The notes: generated by a model not told the origin, from the letters alone. Counted from the first letter of the stretch, positions 10,039 to 20,523 are shown. The stretch is 60,770 bases of DNA from Pseudomonadota bacterium (GCA_023432995.1 JAEZES010000151.1:1-60770); one strand, 5' to 3'. Numbers and translations: made by a program.

Positions 10039-10049
10039 CTCTCGCCCTC

Positions 10050-11372
10050 TCAGTCGGCCAGCAACAGCACCGGGGTCTCTATAAGCCGTTTGACTTCCTG
10101 CACGAAAGCCGCGGCGTCGTAGCCGTCGACCACCCGGTGGTCGCAACTGATCGACAGGTTCATCAGCTTGCGCTTCTCGATCCGTTCGCCGCCGAGCCCA
10201 TCGGGGACGAACATCGGCCGTTCGACTATGCGGTTCGGCGCGAGGATCGCCACTTCGGGCCGGTTGATCACCGGGGTCGAGGCGATCCCGCCGAGCGGGC
10301 CGAGCGAGGTCAGCGTGAAGGTCGAGCCCGAGAGCTCCTCCGACTTCGCCTTGCCCTCGCGCGCGGCTTCGGACAGGCGCAGGATCTCGGCGGCGAGCTG
10401 CCACAGGTTCTTGGTCTGCGCGTCGCGGATCACTGGCACCATCAGGCCCGCCTCGGTCATCGTCGCCATGCCCAGGTGCACCGCGCCGTGCCGGGTGACC
10501 ACGTTGGCCTCGTCGTCGTAACGGGCGTTGAGCATCGGGTACTTCGGCAAGGCGCGGCAGATCGCGGTGATCAGCAGCGGCAGCAAGGTGAGCTTGGGCT
10601 TGTCGCCGCGATGGACGTTCAAGTCGCTCCGCGCCTTCTCGAGCCCGGTGACGTCGCACTCCTCGACATAGGCGAAGTGCGGGATGTTGCGCTTCGAGGC
10701 GGCCATGTTCTCGGCGATGCGGCGCCTCAGGCCGACGACCTTGATCGTCTCGTCGCGGCCGGTGCGGCCGGCGGCCGCGTAGCCCCTGGTGCCGCCGTAG
10801 GACAGGAACGTGTCGAGGTCGGCGTGACGGATGCGGCCGCCCTCGGCCGGGTGCACGTCGGCAAGATCGATCCCCAGCTCCCGGGCCCGGGCACGCACCG
10901 CCGGACTGGCGAGAACCTTGGCATGGCTTCGCTCGGAGGCCTCCGCCCGAACCGGCTTCGGTTCCGGCGGCGGCGCAGGCGGCGGCGGGGGCGGCGGTGG
11001 AGCGGGCGGCGGCGGGGCCGCGGCAATCGCGTCCTCGACATCGCTGGCGTCGGGCGTCTCGACCTCGATCCGTTCCTCGACCGCAGGCGGCACCGGCGCC
11101 GGCGCGGCGACGCGCTCCTCGGCGACCTCGCCCTCCGTCTCGCGCACCACCAGCGGCGACCCGATCGCGATCACGTCGCCGACGTCGCCCGCGACTTCGA
11201 GCACCTTGCCGGCGACCGGGCTTTCCATCTCGACCGTGGCCTTGTCGGTCATCAGATCGGCCAGCCGGCCGTCCTCCTCGACCGTGTCGCCAGGCTTGAC
11301 GTGCCAGGCGACGATCTCGGCTTCGGCGATGCCCTCGCCGATATCGGGGAGCCGGAACACGAACCTGCCCAT
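10050..11372 (-). CDS. bkdB: Branched-chain 2-oxoacid dehydrogenase E2 (dihydrolipoamide acyltransferase)
   Basis: Lipoyl domain MTDKA, Pro-rich linker, ASPAVR binding domain, DHRVVDG. Confidence 0.93.
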   Translation of the reverse strand: MGRFVFRLPDIGEGIAEAEIVAWHVKPGDTVEEDGRLADLMTDKATVEMESPVAGKVLEVAGDVGDVIAIGSPLVVRETEGEVAEERVAAPAPVPPAVEERIEVETPDASDVEDAIAAAPPPPAPPPPPPPPAPPPEPKPVRAEASERSHAKVLASPAVRARARELGIDLADVHPAEGGRIRHADLDTFLSYGGTRGYAAAGRTGRDETIKVVGLRRRIAENMAASKRNIPHFAYVEECDVTGLEKARSDLNVHRGDKPKLTLLPLLITAICRALPKYPMLNARYDDEANVVTRHGAVHLGMATMTEAGLMVPVIRDAQTKNLWQLAAEILRLSEAAREGKAKSEELSGSTFTLTSLGPLGGIASTPVINRPEVAILAPNRIVERPMFVPDGLGGERIEKRKLMNLSISCDHRVVDGYDAAAFVQEVKRLIETPVLLLAD

Positions 11373-11375
11373 CCC

Positions 11376-12443
11376 TCAGGCCTCCAGCAGCCGGTCGATG
11401 CCCTCACCGACGCGGATCGGCCCCGGGAAATAGGCCCATTCGAGGCTGTGCGGATAGGGGGTGTCGAACCCGGTCACGCGCTCGACCGGCGCCTCCAGGT
11501 GGTAGAAGCAGCGCTCCTGCACCAGCGCGGCGAGTTCCGCGCCGAAGCCGGAGGTGCGTGTCGCCTCGTGGACGACCATGCATTTGCCGGTCTTTTCCAC
11601 AGAGGCTTCCACCGCTTCGATGTCGAGCGGCACCAGCGTCCTGAGGTCGATGATCTCCGCATCGACGCCCTTCTCGCGGCACACTGCTTCGGCCACGTGA
11701 ACCATGGTCCCGTAGGCGAGCACGGTCAGCGCACTGCCCTCGCGCACGATCCGCGCCTTGCCCAGCGGGATCGAATAGTAGCCCTCCGGCACCAGCGCGT
11801 CGGGATGCTCCTTCCACGGTCGCGTCGGGCGGTCGTAGTAGCCGTCGAACGGGCCGTTGTAGATCCGCTTCGGTTCGAAGAAGATCACCGGATCGTCGTC
11901 CTCGATCGCGGCGATCAGCAGCCCCTTGGCGTCGTGCGGCGTGCTCGGCACCACGGTCTTGAGGCCGGCGACGTGGGTGAACAGCGCCTCCGGGCTCTGG
12001 CTGTGGGTCTGCCCGCCGAAGATGCCGCCACCAAACGGGCTGCGCACGGTCATCGGCGCGATGAACTCGCCCGCCGAGCGGTAGCGCAGCCGCGCCGCCT
12101 CGCTGACCAGTTGGTCGAGCCCCGGATAGATGTAGTCGGCAAACTGGATCTCGGGCACCGGCCTGAGGCCATAGGCGCACATGCCGACCGCGGCGCCGAT
12201 GATGCCGCATTCGCTGATCGGGGTGTCGAACACGCGCGTCTTGCCGTGCTTCGCCTGCAGCCCCGCGGTGCAGCGGAACACCCCGCCGAAGTAGCCGATG
12301 TCCTCGCCCATCAGCACGACGTCGGGATCGCGCTCGAGCATCGTGTCGAGCGCGTCGTTGATCGCTTCGATCATCGTCATCGCCCGGGCGGGCGCGTCGG
12401 CCAGCGTGACCGGCTCGTCGTCGGTACTTACTCGCGCGGTCAT
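11376..12443 (-). CDS. bkdA2: 2-oxoisovalerate dehydrogenase E1 beta
   Basis: GEDIGYFGGVFR, DTPISE, EIQFADY, GGQTHSQSPE; ATGA overlap with the alpha gene. Confidence 0.95.
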   Translation of the reverse strand: MTARVSTDDEPVTLADAPARAMTMIEAINDALDTMLERDPDVVLMGEDIGYFGGVFRCTAGLQAKHGKTRVFDTPISECGIIGAAVGMCAYGLRPVPEIQFADYIYPGLDQLVSEAARLRYRSAGEFIAPMTVRSPFGGGIFGGQTHSQSPEALFTHVAGLKTVVPSTPHDAKGLLIAAIEDDDPVIFFEPKRIYNGPFDGYYDRPTRPWKEHPDALVPEGYYSIPLGKARIVREGSALTVLAYGTMVHVAEAVCREKGVDAEIIDLRTLVPLDIEAVEASVEKTGKCMVVHEATRTSGFGAELAALVQERCFYHLEAPVERVTGFDTPYPHSLEWAYFPGPIRVGEGIDRLLEA

Positions 12444-13720
12444 TCTGGCCACTTTATGTGCCTCTCGCGGATCGCCTGCTCGCTCTGCTCCTCGAGGTGC
12501 CAGGGGAGTTCCTCGAACACGTCCTCGAACATCGTGTGGAACGGATGGTGCAGCCCGTGGCCGAGGATGCCGTTCTTCTCGGCCTCCTTCTGCGCCTCGC
12601 GGATTTCCTCGTCGAGCTCGGCGTCCATCTTGTCGTGCCGCTCGTCGGACCATTCGCCGATGGCGATCAGGTGCGCCTTGAGCCGCGCGATCGGGTCGCC
12701 GAGCGGCCATTCCTTGCCTTCCTGCGCGCTGCGGTAGACGCTCGGGTCGTCCGAGGTCGAATGGCCCTCGGCGCGGTAGGTGAAGAACTCGATCAGCGTC
12801 GGCCCGGCGTTCGAGCGCGCGCGGTCCGCCGCCCAGCGCTCGGCCGCGTAGACGGCCAGTGCGTCGTTGCCATCGACCCGCAGCCCGGCGATGCCGTAGC
12901 CGATCGCCCGCGCCGCGAAGGTCTGCCGCTCGGCGCCGGCGATTCCCGAGAAGCTCGAGATCGCCCACTGGTTGTTGATCACGTTGAAGATCGTCGGCGC
13001 GTTGTAGACCGCGGCAAAGGTCAGCGCTGCGTGGAAGTCGCCCTCGGCTGTCGAGCCCTCGCCGACCCAAGCGGCGGCGATGCGGCTGTCGCCCTTGATC
13101 GCGCTCGCCATCGCGAACCCGGTCGCCTGCGGCATCTGTGTCGCGAGGTTGCCCGAGATGGTGAAGAAGTTGACCGACTTCGCCGAGTACAGGATCGGCA
13201 GCTGCCGCCCCTTCAGCTTGTCCGCGCGGTTCGAGTAGATCTGGTTGACCATCTCGAGGGTCGGGTAGCCGCGCGCGATCATGCAGCCCTGCTGGCGGTA
13301 CGAAGGGAAGATCATGTCCTCGAAGTCGAGCGCCAGCGTGGCCGCGACCGAGGTCGCCTCCTCGCCCGAGCACTTGAGGTAGAAGCTGGTCTTGCCCTGC
13401 CGCTGCGCGCGGTACATCCGGTTGTCGAACGCGCGCACCAGCGCCATCGTGCGCAGGATCTCGCGCAGGCGCTCGGGTGAAAGCCGCGGATTCCACGGCC
13501 CGTGCGCCTGGTTGCCTTCGCCGAGCACGCGCACGAGGTCGTTGCACAGCGGCCAGGTCTCCGACGCGGGGCAGGCCTCGTCGGGCCGCGGCTGTGCGCC
13601 CGGGGCGGGAATCTGGAGGTGCGAAAAGTCCGCCGCTTCGCCGGGGCGCGCCTGCGGCTCGGGGACGTGCAGCGTCAGGCGCGGACGATTGGTCGCGGCC
13701 TGCGGCACCTCCTTGGCCAT
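12440..13720 (-). CDS. bkdA1: 2-oxoisovalerate dehydrogenase E1 alpha
   Basis: LHVPEP N-domain, QRQGKTSFY, GEGSTAEGDFH, HSTSDDP. Confidence 0.95.
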   Translation of the reverse strand: MAKEVPQAATNRPRLTLHVPEPQARPGEAADFSHLQIPAPGAQPRPDEACPASETWPLCNDLVRVLGEGNQAHGPWNPRLSPERLREILRTMALVRAFDNRMYRAQRQGKTSFYLKCSGEEATSVAATLALDFEDMIFPSYRQQGCMIARGYPTLEMVNQIYSNRADKLKGRQLPILYSAKSVNFFTISGNLATQMPQATGFAMASAIKGDSRIAAAWVGEGSTAEGDFHAALTFAAVYNAPTIFNVINNQWAISSFSGIAGAERQTFAARAIGYGIAGLRVDGNDALAVYAAERWAADRARSNAGPTLIEFFTYRAEGHSTSDDPSVYRSAQEGKEWPLGDPIARLKAHLIAIGEWSDERHDKMDAELDEEIREAQKEAEKNGILGHGLHHPFHTMFEDVFEELPWHLEEQSEQAIRERHIKWPE

Positions 13721-13802
13721 CCTGAATGCTCCCGACGAATGTGAAACTTTGTTTTACGTATATGACATTTTATTAGGCATGGGCATAACGGTCAAGGGCC
13801 GC

Positions 13803-14759
13803 CTAGACGGCCACCGGCGCACTCAACCGCCCCTGCGGCGCGTAATCCGTCACCGCGAAATCCTCGAACCGGTAATCGAAGATCGAAGCCGGCCGGCGCA
13901 GGAACTCAAGCCGGGGATGGCCCGCCGGTTCCCGTGACAGCTGTTCTTCGACCAGCTCGGCGTGATTGAGGTAGAGATGCGTGTCGCCGCCGGTCCAGAT
14001 CAGCTCGCCCGGCTGGTACCCCGCCTGGTCGGCCACCATCCGCGTGAGCAACGCTGCGCCGAACAGATTGAACGGGAGGCCCAAAGCAACGTCGCAGCTG
14101 CGCTGGTAGAGCTGGCAGTTCAAACGATCGCCGGCGACGTGGAACTGGTAGGTCTTGTGGCATGGCGGCAGCGCCATGCGGTCGATCTCGGCCACGTTCC
14201 AGCCCTCGACGATATGCCTGCGCCCCCCGGGATTGGCCCGCAGGCCCTCGATCAGCCGCTGGACCTGGTTGATCCCGGGCCCGGCGCGGAACGTGCCCTC
14301 CCCGTCGGGCTCGTAGGTCGGCCAGTCGACCCATTGCTTGCCATAGCCCGGGCCAAGGTCGCCCCAGCGCAGGGCGAACGCCGCATCCTCGACGATGCGG
14401 GCCTCGAACGCCTCCTGCGAGATCGCCTCGCCGGTGGCCTCGCGGTACTTCGCCAGCGGCCAGTCGCTCCAGATCGTCACGCCCTGCTGGAGCAGCGGGC
14501 GGATGTTGGTCTCGCCGGTAAGGAACCATAACATCTCGCGCGCGGCGGCCTTCCAGTACACGCGCTTGGTCGTCAGCAGCGGCACGTATCCGCGGGAAAG
14601 GTCGAACCGCAGCTGCGGCCCGAACACCGACCGGGTGCCGACTCCGGTGCGGTCGATCCGCTCGTCACCGCGCTCCCAGATCTCGCGCATCAGGTCGAGG
14701 TACTGCCATTCCCAATGACGACGTTCGCGGAGCCCGCCGGACGGAAATTCGCTGTTCAT
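13803..14759 (-). CDS. thyA: Thymidylate synthase
   Basis: DRTGVGT, PLLTTK, MALPPCH, YQRSCD, HLYLNH; start trimmed so it does not overlap tRNA-Pro. Confidence 0.96.
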   Translation of the reverse strand: MNSEFPSGGLRERRHWEWQYLDLMREIWERGDERIDRTGVGTRSVFGPQLRFDLSRGYVPLLTTKRVYWKAAAREMLWFLTGETNIRPLLQQGVTIWSDWPLAKYREATGEAISQEAFEARIVEDAAFALRWGDLGPGYGKQWVDWPTYEPDGEGTFRAGPGINQVQRLIEGLRANPGGRRHIVEGWNVAEIDRMALPPCHKTYQFHVAGDRLNCQLYQRSCDVALGLPFNLFGAALLTRMVADQAGYQPGELIWTGGDTHLYLNHAELVEEQLSREPAGHPRLEFLRRPASIFDYRFEDFAVTDYAPQGRLSAPVAV

Positions 14760-14790
14760 GGCCTTCTTCGCTACCATCCCAAAAGCCGGC

Positions 14791-14819
14791 TTGCCAGCCT
14801 GCGGCCCCGCCCCTATAGG
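14791..14819 (+). promoter_or_regulatory. Sigma70-type promoter of tRNA-Pro
   Basis: TTGCCA-N17-TATAGG followed by a GC-rich discriminator. Confidence 0.6.
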
Positions 14820-14858
14820 GCCGCCTCTGCCTCGCCCCGGGTCCCCGGGAGCGCCGGT

Positions 14859-14935
14859 CGGGGAGTAGCTCAGCCTGGTAGAGCACTGTCTTCGGGAGGC
14901 AGGGGCCGGAGGTTCGAATCCTCTCTCCCCGACCA
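14859..14935 (+). tRNA. tRNA-Pro(CGG)
   Basis: CGGGGAGTAGCTCAGCCTGGTAGAGCACTGTCTT-CGG-GAGGCAGGGGCCGGAGGTTCGAATCCTCTCTCCCCGACCA; 77 nt. Confidence 0.98.
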
Positions 14936-14966
14936 TTTTTGGATCTCGTGCGAGTAGGGAGCCCTG

Positions 14967-15929
14967 ATGGCACAGCGAGCGTTCGGTCGGCGGCGGGTGC
15001 TGGTAACCGGCGGTGCGGGGTTCCTCGGTTCACACCTTATCGACCGGCTGCTCGACCGCGGCGACGAAGTGCTGTGCATCGACAACCTGTTCACCGGCGA
15101 CAAGCGCAACATCGACCACCTCGCCAACCATCCGAGGTTCGAATTCCTTCGCCACGACGTGTGCTTTCCGCTGTTCGTCGAGGTGGATGAGATCTTCAAT
15201 CTCGCCTGCCCCGCTTCGCCGGTGCACTACCAGCACGATCCGGTGCAGACGACCAAGACATCGGTCCACGGCGCGATCAACATGCTCGGCCTGGCCAAGC
15301 GGCTGAAGGCGCCGATCTTCCAGGCCTCGACCAGCGAGGTCTACGGCGATCCGTCGGTCCACCCCCAGAAGGAAACCTATTGGGGCAACGTCAACCCCAT
15401 CGGCATCCGCAGCTGCTACGACGAGGGCAAGCGCTGCGCGGAAACGCTGTTCTTCGACTACCATCGCCAGCACGGGCTCGACGTCAAGGTCGCGCGCATC
15501 TTCAACACCTACGGGCCGCGGATGCATGCCGGCGACGGGCGCGTGGTGTCCAACTTCATCGTCCAGGCGCTGCTCGGCGAAGACATCACCATCTACGGCG
15601 ACGGCCAGCAGACCCGCTCGTTCTGCTACGTCGACGACCTGATCCGCGGGTTCATCGCCTTCATGGAGGCGGGGCCCGACGTTCACGGGCCGATCAACAT
15701 CGGCAATCCCAACGAGTTCACCATTCTCGAACTGGCCGAGAAGGTCCTGGCCAAGATCGGGGGCAAGTCCAAGCTGGTGCGCAAGCCGCTGCCGCAGGAC
15801 GATCCGATGCAGCGCCAGCCCGACATCGGCCTCGCTCGCGAGCAGCTCGGCTGGCAGCCGGCGATCGAGCTCGATGAGGGGCTCGACCGCACGATCGCCT
15901 ACTTCCGGGCGGTCGTCGCCGGCGACTGA
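14967..15929 (+). CDS. uxs: UDP-glucuronic acid decarboxylase (UDP-xylose synthase) family
   Basis: [38 protein letters not shown]. Confidence 0.92.
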   Translation: MAQRAFGRRRVLVTGGAGFLGSHLIDRLLDRGDEVLCIDNLFTGDKRNIDHLANHPRFEFLRHDVCFPLFVEVDEIFNLACPASPVHYQHDPVQTTKTSVHGAINMLGLAKRLKAPIFQASTSEVYGDPSVHPQKETYWGNVNPIGIRSCYDEGKRCAETLFFDYHRQHGLDVKVARIFNTYGPRMHAGDGRVVSNFIVQALLGEDITIYGDGQQTRSFCYVDDLIRGFIAFMEAGPDVHGPINIGNPNEFTILELAEKVLAKIGGKSKLVRKPLPQDDPMQRQPDIGLAREQLGWQPAIELDEGLDRTIAYFRAVVAGD

Positions 15930-16015
15930 TCGGCGCACAACCATCTGTGCCGCCCTTGTAATCGGGCGGCAAGATCGCCATTGGGGGCCGCGGTTGCCAA
16001 CCCCATAACGGATCG

Positions 16016-17506
16016 ATGATTCTGACCCACCCCCTGCTCGACGTGGATGGGCTTGACGCGGACGGCGACAAGCTGCGCGAGGAATGCGGAATCTTCGGCA
16101 TCATCGGAGCGCCCGAGGCGGCCGCCGCGTGCGCACTCGGGCTTCATGCGCTGCAGCACCGCGGCCAGGAAGCGGTCGGCATCACCAGCTTCGACGGCAG
16201 CGAATTCTTCAGCCGCCGCGGGCTCGGCCACGTCGCCGAGAACTTCTCGACGGCAGAGTCGCTCGCCGAGCTGCGCGGAGCGATGGCGATCGGACACGTG
16301 CGCTATTCGACCACCGGCGGGGCCGGCCTGCGCAACGTCCAGCCGCTGTTCGCCGACCTCGCCAGCGGCGGCTTCGCGGTGGCGCACAACGGCAACATCT
16401 CGAACGCGCTCCATCTCAAGCGCGACCTCGTCGAGAAGGGGGCGATCTTTCAATCGACCTCCGACACCGAAGTCATCATTCACCTGGTGGCGACCAGCCG
16501 GTTCAAGTCGATGCTCGACAAGCTGGTCGACGCGCTGCGCCTGGTCGAAGGCGCCTACGCCCTGATCGTCACCACGCCTCGCGGGATGGCCGCCTGCCGC
16601 GACCCGCTCGGCATCCGTCCGCTGGTCATGGGCAAGCTCGGCGACGCGACCGTGTTCGCCAGCGAGACGGTGGCACTCGACGTGGTCGGGGCCGAATTCG
16701 TTCGCCAAGTCGAGCCCGGCGAGTTCGTCGAAGTGGATTTCGACGGCACGGTGCGCAGCCACCGCCCGTTCGGCGCGACCCAGCCGCGCCCGTGCATCTT
16801 CGAACACGTCTACTTCAGCCGCCCGGATTCGGTGCTCGACGACCGCTCGGTCTACGAATCGCGCAAGCAGATCGGCGTCGAGCTGGCGCGCGAGGCGCCC
16901 GTCGAGGCGGACCTCGTCGTGCCGGTGCCCGACAGCGGTGTCCCGGCGGCGATCGGCTACTCGCAGCAGTCGGGCATTCCGTTCGAGCTCGGCATCATCC
17001 GCTCGCACTACGTCGGCCGCACCTTCATCCAGCCCTCCGACGGCGCGCGCCACGCCGGCGTCAAGCGCAAGCACAACGCCAACCGCAAGCTCGTCGAAGG
17101 CAAGCGCATCGTGCTGATCGACGATTCGATCGTGCGCGGCACGACCTCGATGAAGATCGTGCAGATGATGCGCGACGCCGGCGCGCGCGAGGTCCATTTC
17201 CGCGTCGCCAGCCCGCCGACCGGTCACGGCTGCTATTACGGCGTCGACACGCCCGAGCGTTCGAAGCTGCTCGCAGGGCGGATGGACGTCGCGGCGATGT
17301 GCGAGTTCATCCAGGCCGACAGCCTCGCGTTCGTGTCGATCGACGGCCTCTACCGCGCGGTCGGGCTGACCGGCCGCGACAACGCCTGCCCGCAATACTG
17401 CGACGCGTGCTTCACCGGCGACTATCCGACCAGCCTGACCGATCTCGCCGAACGCCGCCAGGCCGACGCGCAGCTCACCCTCCCGGTCAACAACAAGGCC
17501 GCCTGA
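16016..17506 (+). CDS. purF: Amidophosphoribosyltransferase
   Basis: Propeptide then EECGIFG, LQHRGQE, GHVRYST, LIDDSIVRGTT, Fe-S cysteines. Confidence 0.98.
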   Translation: MILTHPLLDVDGLDADGDKLREECGIFGIIGAPEAAAACALGLHALQHRGQEAVGITSFDGSEFFSRRGLGHVAENFSTAESLAELRGAMAIGHVRYSTTGGAGLRNVQPLFADLASGGFAVAHNGNISNALHLKRDLVEKGAIFQSTSDTEVIIHLVATSRFKSMLDKLVDALRLVEGAYALIVTTPRGMAACRDPLGIRPLVMGKLGDATVFASETVALDVVGAEFVRQVEPGEFVEVDFDGTVRSHRPFGATQPRPCIFEHVYFSRPDSVLDDRSVYESRKQIGVELAREAPVEADLVVPVPDSGVPAAIGYSQQSGIPFELGIIRSHYVGRTFIQPSDGARHAGVKRKHNANRKLVEGKRIVLIDDSIVRGTTSMKIVQMMRDAGAREVHFRVASPPTGHGCYYGVDTPERSKLLAGRMDVAAMCEFIQADSLAFVSIDGLYRAVGLTGRDNACPQYCDACFTGDYPTSLTDLAERRQADAQLTLPVNNKAA

Positions 17507-18240
17507 TGGCCGGCGCCAGACCGCTGGAAGGGCGCATCGCGCTCGTCACCGGCGCGAGCCGCGGAATCGGCGCCGCAACCGCCGGGGCGCTCGCCGCGGC
17601 CGGCGCGCACGTCGTCATCACCGCGCGCAAGGCGCGCGACCTCGAAGCGGTCGAGGAAGAAATTCACGAGGCAGGCGGGTCGGCGACGATCGCGCCGATG
17701 GACCTGACCGATGGCGATTCGATCGGTCGGCTCGCCGCTGCCGTGGACGAGCGCTGGGACAAGCTCGACATCCTTGTGATCAATGCCGCGACGCTGCCTC
17801 CGCTGATGCCGGTGACGCAGATCGAGGCCAAGGGCTTCAACCAGGCGCTGACGCTCAACGTGCTGGCGACCCAGGCCCTGCTCGCTGCGTTCGATCCCCT
17901 GCTGAAGCGCAGCGAACGCGGGCGCGTGATCGGGATGACCAGCTCGGTGGGTGCGGAGCCGCGCGCGTACTGGGGCGCGTATGGCGCGACCAAGGCGGCG
18001 TTCGACGTGCTGCTCACGTCCTATGCGCGCGAGGTTGAGAACATCTCGGCGACGAGGGTGGCGATCCTCGACCCGGGCGCGACGCGGACCGAAATGCGGG
18101 CCCGGGCCTATCCGGGGGAGGATCCGGCGACGCTCAAGGAGCCTGCCACCGTGGGGGAGAAGGTGGTCGAGCTGCTGGCGGACGATTTCGCGACGGGCGC
18201 CCGCTACCGACTGGAGGGTGCCGAGCTCGCGCGCCGCTGA
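17506..18240 (+). CDS. SDR family oxidoreductase
   Basis: TGASRGIG, YGATK, DPGATRT; TGATG coupling with purF. Confidence 0.9.
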   Translation: MAGARPLEGRIALVTGASRGIGAATAGALAAAGAHVVITARKARDLEAVEEEIHEAGGSATIAPMDLTDGDSIGRLAAAVDERWDKLDILVINAATLPPLMPVTQIEAKGFNQALTLNVLATQALLAAFDPLLKRSERGRVIGMTSSVGAEPRAYWGAYGATKAAFDVLLTSYAREVENISATRVAILDPGATRTEMRARAYPGEDPATLKEPATVGEKVVELLADDFATGARYRLEGAELARR

Positions 18241-19239
18241 TTACTGCCGGTGGTACTGGCGATACCACTCGACGAAGCGCGGAACACCCACTTCGATCGG
18301 CGTCGTCGGCTGGTAGCCGACCGCCTGCTGAATCGCGTCGATGTCGGCAAAGGTCCGCTGCACGTCGCCGTCCTGCATCGGCAACAGCTCCTTCTCCGCC
18401 TTGCGGCCGCATTCCTGCTCAAGCAATTCGATCACCTTCATCAGGTGCTCCGAGCGGTGATTGCCGATGTTGTAGAGCGCGTGGGGCTTGGTGCTTCCCC
18501 CCGCCTTCTCGAGATTGTCGTCGGCCGGCGGGCTGTCGAGGCACGCCACAACGCCCGAGACGATGTCGTCGATATAGGTGAAGTCGCGCCACATCTCGCC
18601 GCGATTGAATACCGGGATCGGCTCGCCGGCGAGAATCTTCCGCGTGAAGATCCACATCATCATGTCGGGCCGCCCCCACGGTCCGTAGACCGTAAAGAAG
18701 CGCAGCCCGGTCAGCGGCAGGCGGTACAGATGGGCGTAAGTCTCGCTCATCAGCTCGTCGGCCTTCTTGGTCGCGGCATAGAGCGAGAGCGGGTGATCGA
18801 CGCGATCGTCCACCGAGAAGGGCAGCTTGGTGTTGCCGCCGTAGACGGAACTCGAGCTCGCATAGACCATGTGCCCCACGCCGCGGTGGCGGGCGATCTC
18901 GAGCATGTTGAGGTGGCCGACCAGATTGGCCTGGACGTAGGCGTGCGGGTTCTCGATCGAGTAGCGAACGCCCGCCTGCGCCCCGAGGTGGATGATGCCG
19001 TCGAACTCCATCCCGGCCAGGCCCGCGGTGAGCCCGCCCATGTCCGAGAAATCCTGGTGCAGGAAGGTGAATCGATCACCGCCGAATTCGATCAGGCGGT
19101 CGCGCCGGTTCTCTTTCAGCGCGACCGAATAGTAGTCGTTGAGGTTGTCGACTCCGATGACGCTGTCACCGCGCGCGAGCAGCCGGTGGGCGACGGTGGA
19201 GCCGATGAACCCGGCCGCTCCTGTGACGAGGACTCTCAT
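18241..19239 (-). CDS. UDP-glucuronate 4-epimerase family
   Basis: GAAGFIG, HLGAQAGVRYS, YAATKK, RFFTVYGPWGRPDM. Confidence 0.92.
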   Translation of the reverse strand: MRVLVTGAAGFIGSTVAHRLLARGDSVIGVDNLNDYYSVALKENRRDRLIEFGGDRFTFLHQDFSDMGGLTAGLAGMEFDGIIHLGAQAGVRYSIENPHAYVQANLVGHLNMLEIARHRGVGHMVYASSSSVYGGNTKLPFSVDDRVDHPLSLYAATKKADELMSETYAHLYRLPLTGLRFFTVYGPWGRPDMMMWIFTRKILAGEPIPVFNRGEMWRDFTYIDDIVSGVVACLDSPPADDNLEKAGGSTKPHALYNIGNHRSEHLMKVIELLEQECGRKAEKELLPMQDGDVQRTFADIDAIQQAVGYQPTTPIEVGVPRFVEWYRQYHRQ

Positions 19240-19248
19240 GCAGCCGCC

Positions 19249-20523
19249 CTATAGCGTCCAATCGGCTGCCCCGGCGAGGGCACCCTTGAGGTCGGCGAGC
19301 ATGCCCCCCTCGGCCAGCAGGTCGCGGAGGCGCTCGGCGCCCATCTCGAGATAGCTTGCGTGAGGAACGGCCAGCACGACGAGATCATAGCGGCCATCGA
19401 GGGCGTCCGCCGCCAGCGTGAGACCGTATTCGTGCTGGGCCTCGACCTCGTCGGCGATCGGATCATGGACGGTCACGCCGTGGCCCAGCGCCGCCAGGCC
19501 GGCGATGAGATCGGCCACCTTGCTGTTGCGCAAGTCGGGCACGTTCTCCTTGAACGTCAGTCCGAGCACCAGTGTCCGGCCCGACCGTCCCCGCGCGTGA
19601 TGCAGCCGCTCGGCGACCCAGCCCGCCATGCCGTCATTCACGCTGCGGCCGGCCAGGATCACCTTGGGGTCGTGCCCGAGCTGTTCGGCGCGATGCGACA
19701 AGTAGTACGGATCGACACCGATGCAGTGGCCGCCGACGAGTCCGGGGGTGAACTGCAGGAAGTTCCACTTGGTGTTCGCCGCCGCGAGAACATCCCAGAC
19801 GGAGATTCCGCAGCGGCTGAAGATCTGCGCGATCTCGTTCATGAAGGCAATGTTGATGTCGCGCTGGGCGTTCTCGATCACTTTTGCCGCTTCGGCCGCC
19901 CGTATCGAGGACGCGCGAAACACGCCTCCCGAGGTGATGCTCGAATAAAGGTCGGCGATCCTCTCGAGGCTCTGCGGAGTTTGCCCGGCGACGACCTTGG
20001 TGATCTTGTCAATCGTATGCTCGCGGTCGCCCGGATTGATCCGTTCGGGGCTGTAGCCGAGGAAGAAGTCCCGTCCGCACCTGAGGCCGGACGTCTGCTC
20101 CAGGATCGGACCGCAGATTTCCTCGGTCACGCCGGGGTAGACGGTGCTCTCGTACACCACGATCGGGCTCCGCCCGCCAGAAGCACTCGCCCCAAGCATT
20201 CCGCCGACGGTGCGCGAGGCGGCTTCGACGATCGACAGATCGGGCCGATTGTCGCTGTCGACTGGCGTCGGGACGGTCACGATGTAGACGTCTGCCGGGG
20301 GGCAATCGGCGGGATCGGTCGTCAGTCGCAACGGTGACGCGAGAAGGCGTTGGGCATCGATCTCGCCGGTCCGGTCCAGCCCCGCCTTGAGCTCGTCGAT
20401 GCGCCCCTGATTCACATCGAAGCCGGTCGCCGAATAGCGCTGCGACAGGGCTACGGCCAAAGGCAGGCCCACGTACCCGAGGCCGATCACCACGACCTCG
20501 GAAATTGGCGCATTGGCAGTCAG
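19249..20523 (-). CDS. UDP-HexNAc 6-dehydrogenase (WbpO/TviB-like)
   Basis: GLGYVGLP, ESTVYPG, SPERINPG, GLVGGHCI, TFKENVPDLRNS; start placed at a CTG 5 nt after AGGAGG. Confidence 0.9.
   Translation of the reverse strand: MTANAPISEVVVIGLGYVGLPLAVALSQRYSATGFDVNQGRIDELKAGLDRTGEIDAQRLLASPLRLTTDPADCPPADVYIVTVPTPVDSDNRPDLSIVEAASRTVGGMLGASASGGRSPIVVYESTVYPGVTEEICGPILEQTSGLRCGRDFFLGYSPERINPGDREHTIDKITKVVAGQTPQSLERIADLYSSITSGGVFRASSIRAAEAAKVIENAQRDINIAFMNEIAQIFSRCGISVWDVLAAANTKWNFLQFTPGLVGGHCIGVDPYYLSHRAEQLGHDPKVILAGRSVNDGMAGWVAERLHHARGRSGRTLVLGLTFKENVPDLRNSKVADLIAGLAALGHGVTVHDPIADEVEAQHEYGLTLAADALDGRYDLVVLAVPHASYLEMGAERLRDLLAEGGMLADLKGALAGAADWTL

Noticed and set aside
10960..11025. GGC/CCG-rich low-complexity tract
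   Set aside because: Pro/Ala linker of the E2 subunit.
11376..13547. Apparent long fusion ORFs (723-aa E1 beta; also 71-1585, 9436-10659, 19249-21255, 34232-36274, 52861-54960)
   Set aside because: The N-terminal extensions are other-frame or antisense read-through of neighbouring genes; true starts are internal.
14760..14936. thyA ORF extending across tRNA-Pro
   Set aside because: The extension is the antisense of the tRNA and its promoter; ThyA similarity begins after 14759.
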